A DNA stretch of 64,000 nucleotides from Candidatus Eiseniibacteriota bacterium. Lineage in GTDB: Bacteria; Eisenbacteria; RBG-16-71-46; CAIMUX01; VGJL01. The notes under the pieces were generated by a model. That model was not told where the DNA came from, did not search any database, and saw nothing but the letters and a program-made list of their open reading frames with translations. The stretch lies in the NCBI GenBank assembly GCA_041946735.1, contig JBHGAY010000024.1:1-64000 (forward strand), in the 5' to 3' direction. The translations under genes were made by a program, and so were the position numbers. Shown in pieces: positions 58,811 through 64,000 of this stretch; within the stretch, counting starts at the first letter, position 1; the number at the start of each line of letters is the position of its first letter.

Positions 58811-58988
58811 CGGCGGGGAGCGCCCGGTGAGGCCTCGCCACGAGGGACGCGTTCGCCGCGCGGTAGCCGCCACCCTGCAGCCGGTAGGGAGTCACTCGCG
58901 CGGCGAACCAGAGGCGCGAGCGACGACCGTCCGTCTTCTCCCCGCGAGCGCCGATCCCTCGGGCGAGGCCGCGGGCGCGATCCCGCCG
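58811..58988 (-). repeat. ~180-bp element, copy 2 (inverted relative to copy 1)
   Basis: For example, gcagccggtagggagtcactcgcgcggcgaac is the reverse complement of copy 1 gttcgccgcgcgagtgactccctaccggctgc. Confidence 0.85.
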
Positions 58989-59061
58989 CAGATCGATCCT
59001 CGGAAGACATCCCTTCCCACATGCGCTATTCGCCCGCGCGGCTCGACCGCCGCCGGACGCG

Positions 59062-60075
59062 TCACAGCCGCGCGCGCACCAAGGCGATCGCGTCGGCGGC
59101 GTCGGGCGGGACCGCCACGTCGGGCGCGATCCCCTCGGCGTCGACGGAGAAGCCGGGGAGCCAGCGGGCGCGGCTCATCGGGACGACGAGGATCGCGGCG
59201 CCGGACGGCAGCCGCACCCGGCGCAAGTTGGAGTAGTCGAGGGAGCCGCGGGTGTTCTCGCCGAAGAGGCGGACCTTCCCGCTCTGGCGCGCGAGGAGCG
59301 CGAACGCTTCCGCGGCGCTCGCGCAGCGCCGGTCCATCAGGATCCCGATCCGCTCGGGCAACGGGTGCAGCTCGTCGAAGGTATCGATGCGGTCCGGTGG
59401 ACCGTCGACGAACGTCCCGGGCGCGGCCTCCATGCGAGCGGCGAGGTCGCATAGATACGTCACGTATTCCGCCGGCATCCCCGGTTGCGCGGCATAGCTG
59501 CGGATGCACGCGGCGTTCGCCGGCGTCGCCCAGTAGTCGCAGCCGGTCACGCGGATCGGACCGGTCGCGATCCAAGGCAGCAGCGACTCGAACGTCGCGT
59601 CGCTGCCGCCCCCGTTGCCCCGGATGTCGATCAGGAGGACTGGCGTGCGCGAGAGCTCCTCGCGGGCGGCGGCGAGCAGCGCATCGAGCCGCTCCCGCAC
59701 CGGCGCCCCAAAGGTTGGGATCGTGAGAAGCAGCGCCTCGTCGTCGAGGCGGGCGAGCGTCGGATCGAGACGCCCTGCCGCGACGTCCCGCTCGAAGCGC
59801 TCCTGACCCGTCGCCGACGAGAGGCCGAGGTGGCGGTCGCGGAAGAAGACCAGCCAGGAGCGGAGGATCTCGATCCGCTCGTCTGGTGATCCGCGTGAGG
59901 AGAGGATCGAAGCTCGGACCGACTCCGTGAGAACGCCAAGCTCCGCCTCGCGGCCGCGCACCTTGTCGCGGTAGCCGGCGTAGTTCCTCGACACCTCGTC
60001 GAGCACGCAGGCGAAGTCGGGAGGATCGCCGTCGCGGGCGAGACGATCCTCCGACCGGTGTCCGGCTTCGCTCAC
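59062..60075 (-). CDS. S41 family peptidase
   Basis: NYAGY, DRHL, IDIRGNGGGSD, CASAAEAF (catalytic Ser), FGENTRG, GIAPDV; GTGA overlap. Confidence 0.85.
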   Translation of the reverse strand: MSEAGHRSEDRLARDGDPPDFACVLDEVSRNYAGYRDKVRGREAELGVLTESVRASILSSRGSPDERIEILRSWLVFFRDRHLGLSSATGQERFERDVAAGRLDPTLARLDDEALLLTIPTFGAPVRERLDALLAAAREELSRTPVLLIDIRGNGGGSDATFESLLPWIATGPIRVTGCDYWATPANAACIRSYAAQPGMPAEYVTYLCDLAARMEAAPGTFVDGPPDRIDTFDELHPLPERIGILMDRRCASAAEAFALLARQSGKVRLFGENTRGSLDYSNLRRVRLPSGAAILVVPMSRARWLPGFSVDAEGIAPDVAVPPDAADAIALVRARL

Positions 60076-62846
60076 CGGAGCAGGGTCACCTTGCGGATCG
60101 CCTCCGTAGAGGCGGAGCGGATCCGAAGGAAGTAGATCCCGGGCGCGGCGGCGCGGCCCGTCGCCGTGCGGCCGTCCCACGCGGGGACGCCGCCGCTCTG
60201 CGGCCCGTCGATCGTGCGCCGCGCGACGAACCGTCCCGCCGGATCGACCACGTCGATCGTCGCCGACGCGCCGCGCGGAAGCTCCATCTCGAGATCGAAC
60301 GCGCCGCGGCCCGGATTGGGAAGCGCGCGCCCGATGCGCAGCGCGAGCGCATCCGCCGGATCCTCGGGGAACGTGTAATCCCAGTCCTCATCGAGCAGCG
60401 GGATCGAGTCGTCGGCGATCCGAATCCGGTTGCCGGCGTAGGCGAGGAGGACGAACCCGCTCGTGTCTGCCGCAGCGGGGCAGGTGGACTGCGCCATCTC
60501 ACTGATCGTGAAGCCGTCGCCGTCGATGACGACGCCGTCCCTCGCGATTCGATTCCCGAAGATCCCGCGTTCGGGATAGGCGCGGGACCAGGTTACGAAG
60601 TACTGGTTGCCGTCCCAGATGCCGTCGACGGCGCCGGGAGTCCCGGGCATCCGGCTCACCTCGATGCCGCCGGGATCCAGCAGGGCCCCGTTCTCGTCGA
60701 AGCGCGCCGCGTAGACGTCGTGCTCTCCCCCGCCGCCCGCTCGTTCCACCGAGAAGAGGGCGAGGCTCTGCCGGTCGCCGCGGAGCAGCCACAGGCTGCT
60801 ATGCGAGAGGCCGAGCTCGGGAAACAGCGACGTGCCGGTGATCTCCTCGCCCGGCGCCGCCGGATCGACGATGGCGGCGTAAACGCGGTTGCCGGAATCG
60901 GTCGCGTGCAATCCCAAGAGGAGCAGACGGCCTCCCGTGAGCGGGGCGAGTGTCGCCGCCTGGGTCGTCGTGTCCGGCATCACCGTCCATCGACGCAGGC
61001 GCTCTCCTGCCGGATCGATCAGGTCGACCCGGATTCCCGGGCTCTGCGTGTTGCGGTCCGGCGTGTAGTCGTACGCGAAGAAGATCGAGTCAGGTCGCTC
61101 CACGAAGTCGCAGCGACCGACGGCCGGGATGGCGCCGTATCCGCCTTGGTGCGCAACGACGGTCGAGACGAATCGCTCCCGCAGACCATCCAGGCCGATG
61201 CGATCGATGGCCACGATGAAGTCGTTGCTGTATTCCCCGAGTTGGCCGGACCAACCCTCGCTTCGCACGTATCCGATCGAAACCCCGGTTCGGTCCGCTC
61301 GCGACCGGAGCGAGGAGGTGCGCGCCCAATCGCAGTTGTCCATCCAGTCGCAGTCGGAATGCTCCGACGGGCCGCTCCATCGGTCGGGCGTGTCGGTGAG
61401 CTGGCCCTCCGCATCGAAAGCGAAACGGTGGTAGAAGCCTCCCTCCCGGTTCAACAGATGCGGCTCGCCGCTCCCCCAGAGCGGAATCGCATACAAAGGA
61501 TGCGTCCCTACGTTGAGGCGCAAGGGCTCCGGCTCGATTGGCAGCCCTTCCAGGGGCACCCATTGCAGGAGAACCGGGTTCTCCGGGGGCCAGGGCATCG
61601 CCGGCTGGCCCGCCGGCTCCTTGCTCACCGGCAGCTCCATGGTCGTGGACCAGATCACGGCGAAACGTTCCCCGGTCCACCGGCACGCGACGTTCCGCGG
61701 ATCCTCCGGCTGCGCGCAGGGAGATTCGGTCACCAGCTCGACCGGCTCGGGATCGAGGCTCTCCTGATCGAGGCCGATCCGCGTCACGAGGATCCGGCCG
61801 TCCCAGTCACGCGTGGTTCGCCACGCGAGCAGCGCGACGCTGTCGGCGGCGCAGACGTCCAGGCCCATGTCGGCGGTCGAGTCGATCGTGAGAGGACCGG
61901 GCGCGATCGGCGCGCCGGTCGCGTCGAGGAGAGCGACCTCGATCCCATCCCCGGTGGTCCACGCGGCGACCCAGCGATCCGCGAATCGCGCGACCGCTAC
62001 CTCGGGAGGTCCCCACGTCCCCGTCGCTTCCCCGAGGGCAACCGGCGATCCCGCCGGCAGACCGTCCTGTCCCAGAGGTTGCGCGTGAGTTTCGCGGCCG
62101 TCTCCGACGTAGAGGACCATCCCTCCCGCATCGGACATCGCGAGGTCGAGCGCCATTTCGGGCAGATCGCTTGCGAGGACGTGCGGCGACGGATCGATCG
62201 CCTCGAGTCCGGGCGTGACGCGCGTGAGGAGCAGGCGATAGGGAGAGCGTTCGCCCTCCAGCCACGCGATCACGTGCGCCCCTTCCTCGTCGACCGCATT
62301 CGGAGCGAAGGCGATCGACGGCATCCGGACTTCGGCGACGCCGGGCGGCACGACGTCGACCGTCGCCGTCGCCTCGAGGGTCGCGGGATCGAAGGCACGC
62401 ACGCGAAGGCCGGGGAGGTCGATGTCGTACGACGGGGAGAATGCGAAAGCCATCTTCCATCCCGAGCCATCGGGATCGGAGAAGTCGATCCCGTCGATCC
62501 ACCCGTCCTCCTCTCCGCGGAGAGGCTGGTGGGCGTTGTCGATCTCCTCACCGGCCGGGCTCTTGCGGTAGCCGTAAGCAGCGTCGGCGCCCTGTTCGAT
62601 GAAGGCCAACAGGACCTCGGACGGCGAAACGCCGATCGCGCACGCCGTCGGATAGTAGACGGTTTCGCCGTACCGGAAGCCATGATCGAGGACGATCTCC
62701 TCCGTCATACTCGGCGGGCTGGCGAAGGCGGCCGGCGCGAGCAGGAGCGGGAGCGCCAGTGCCACCACAAGAACGGCGAGAACGGTGAGAGCGGACGAAA
62801 CGACGAAGGTCGGTACGGCGACGAAGAAAACTGCGGCCGGGCGCAT
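60072..62846 (-). CDS. Large secreted protein with C-terminal FlgD-Ig/T9SS-like domain
   Basis: RBS GGAGG; signal peptide; beta-rich repeats (WTGERFAVIW, WDGNQYFVTW, LLDPGGI); C-terminal PNP...WDGR...PGIYFLRI. Confidence 0.82.
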   Translation of the reverse strand: MRPAAVFFVAVPTFVVSSALTVLAVLVVALALPLLLAPAAFASPPSMTEEIVLDHGFRYGETVYYPTACAIGVSPSEVLLAFIEQGADAAYGYRKSPAGEEIDNAHQPLRGEEDGWIDGIDFSDPDGSGWKMAFAFSPSYDIDLPGLRVRAFDPATLEATATVDVVPPGVAEVRMPSIAFAPNAVDEEGAHVIAWLEGERSPYRLLLTRVTPGLEAIDPSPHVLASDLPEMALDLAMSDAGGMVLYVGDGRETHAQPLGQDGLPAGSPVALGEATGTWGPPEVAVARFADRWVAAWTTGDGIEVALLDATGAPIAPGPLTIDSTADMGLDVCAADSVALLAWRTTRDWDGRILVTRIGLDQESLDPEPVELVTESPCAQPEDPRNVACRWTGERFAVIWSTTMELPVSKEPAGQPAMPWPPENPVLLQWVPLEGLPIEPEPLRLNVGTHPLYAIPLWGSGEPHLLNREGGFYHRFAFDAEGQLTDTPDRWSGPSEHSDCDWMDNCDWARTSSLRSRADRTGVSIGYVRSEGWSGQLGEYSNDFIVAIDRIGLDGLRERFVSTVVAHQGGYGAIPAVGRCDFVERPDSIFFAYDYTPDRNTQSPGIRVDLIDPAGERLRRWTVMPDTTTQAATLAPLTGGRLLLLGLHATDSGNRVYAAIVDPAAPGEEITGTSLFPELGLSHSSLWLLRGDRQSLALFSVERAGGGGEHDVYAARFDENGALLDPGGIEVSRMPGTPGAVDGIWDGNQYFVTWSRAYPERGIFGNRIARDGVVIDGDGFTISEMAQSTCPAAADTSGFVLLAYAGNRIRIADDSIPLLDEDWDYTFPEDPADALALRIGRALPNPGRGAFDLEMELPRGASATIDVVDPAGRFVARRTIDGPQSGGVPAWDGRTATGRAAAPGIYFLRIRSASTEAIRKVTLLR

Positions 62847-63034
62847 CGGAAACCTCCACTCGAAATGCACAGGAGCGACCCCGTGCGATTCACCCCTCGT
62901 GATGCGAACGGGCCCAATTGTCGCCCCGCCGGAGGCATGTGTCAAACGAAGGCTGCCGGGCACCGGAGCTGACGCGCGGTCCGCTGGCGTGGCGAGTGTC
63001 TTCTCGCGCGACTACGCCCGGGACCCCCGTTGCG

Positions 63035-64000
63035 TCAGAAGATGAAGTCGGTCGTCAGGAAGGACGACATCCTGCCCGTGACGATCGTGGTCACCAGCTC
63101 CTTGTCAGCCTCCGTGCTGGCGATCGAGGCGACGTTACGGATCGAGAAGCAGCGCAGCGCGTCGCTGACCGACAGCGTCCCTTCAGCCGAGTCTTTGCGG
63201 CCGGTGAACGGGAAGGTGTCCGGGCCGCGCCGGCATTGCGTGTTGAGGTTCACGCGACACACCTGATTGGCGAGCGCGTCGACGAGATACGCGACGCGCT
63301 TCGGATCGCGCCCGAAGATCGAGACCTGCTGTCCATACGGGCTCGAGCGCATGAACTCGTCGATCTCCCGCTCGTCCTCGTAGGTCGCGACCGGGACGAC
63401 GGGGCCGAACTGCTCCGTCCCGTAGAGGCTCATGTCCGGGCGGACCGGGTAGACGACCGCCGGTCGATAGAAGGTGCCGGTCGCGTCGCCTCCGTCGTTG
63501 ACGACGCGCGCGCCCTTGGAGACTGCGTCCTGCACGAGACCGGCCAGATACTCCGGCTTACCGTCCTCCGGCAGAGGGGTGATCTGCACCCCCGACTCCC
63601 ACGGCATTCCCGCCCCGAGCGCATCGACCGCCTGCGCGAGCTTCGCCACGAAGCGCTCGGCGATCGAGGCGTGCGCGAAGAAGAGCTTGAGCGCAGTGCA
63701 CCGCTGGCCGTTGTAGGACAGCGCGCCCGAGACGCCCTCCTTCACTGCGACGTCGAGGTCCGCGTCCGGGAGAATCACTGCGGGGTTCTTCGACTCGAGA
63801 CCGAGGATGCAGCGCAGCCGGTTGGGGCGCGGATGCTGCTTCTGTAGCGTGTTCGCGACCTTGCTCGTCCCGATGAAGGCCAGGACGTCGATGTCGCCCG
63901 AGCTCATGATCGGCCCGATGACGGTGGGACCGTCGCCCTGGATCACGTTGACGACGCCCGGCGGGAACGCCTCCTTCATCGCCTCGAGCAAGGGGAGGTG
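63035..64000 (-). CDS. Aldehyde dehydrogenase family, GapN-like (5' part outside window)
   Basis: FIGTS, LGLESKNP, NGQRCTALK, EQFGP, FPFTGRKDS. Confidence 0.88.
   Translation of the reverse strand, partial: HLPLLEAMKEAFPPGVVNVIQGDGPTVIGPIMSSGDIDVLAFIGTSKVANTLQKQHPRPNRLRCILGLESKNPAVILPDADLDVAVKEGVSGALSYNGQRCTALKLFFAHASIAERFVAKLAQAVDALGAGMPWESGVQITPLPEDGKPEYLAGLVQDAVSKGARVVNDGGDATGTFYRPAVVYPVRPDMSLYGTEQFGPVVPVATYEDEREIDEFMRSSPYGQQVSIFGRDPKRVAYLVDALANQVCRVNLNTQCRRGPDTFPFTGRKDSAEGTLSVSDALRCFSIRNVASIASTEADKELVTTIVTGRMSSFLTTDFIF

Noticed and set aside
58191..59726. ORFs across the repeat region (e.g. PTYL repeats, 58614..59726)
   Set aside because: They are translations of the microsatellite and inverted repeats, with no transposase motifs.
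2836..62972. Many long antisense or alternate-frame ORFs (e.g. 2836..6336+, 9926..13255+, 27905..30580-, 34914..37847-, 47968..50748-, 60720..62972+)
   Set aside because: Shadow ORFs expected at ~70% GC; Arg/Pro/Ala-rich with no motifs, and they overlap well-supported genes.

Overview
High-GC (~70%) chromosomal window from a diderm bacterium. TolC and secreted proteins with FlgD-Ig/T9SS-like C-terminal domains suggest an FCB-group lineage such as Ca. Eisenbacteria (inference only). About 48 CDS are supportable. They include a secreted-protein operon; a divergent transketolase; a complete 10-gene glutamyl-tRNA-to-protoheme operon (ccsA-hemA-hemC-[TetR::hemD]-hemB-hemL-hemE-hemN-hemH-hemY); NAD salvage (pncAB); bcp; an M1 aminopeptidase; DNA repair/modification genes (dinB with a GAAC-N4-GTTC SOS box, an orphan adenine MTase, ligD); a tetraheme cytochrome c; ferritin; two incomplete but complementary MacAB-TolC-type exporters; a TPR-CHAT protease/ECF sigma/zinc anti-sigma module; and a repeat-rich intergenic region. 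Best candidates for undescribed biology: (1) a TetR repressor domain fused in frame to uroporphyrinogen-III synthase, with a perfect 14-bp palindrome just downstream of the heme operon's sigma70-like promoter, suggesting an enzyme-regulator that autoregulates heme synthesis; (2) a caspase-fold CHAT protease predicted to be extracytoplasmic and translationally coupled to an ECF sigma and its anti-sigma. Start codons were refined by eye from the ORF track. No rRNA, tRNA, CRISPR array or transposase was seen.
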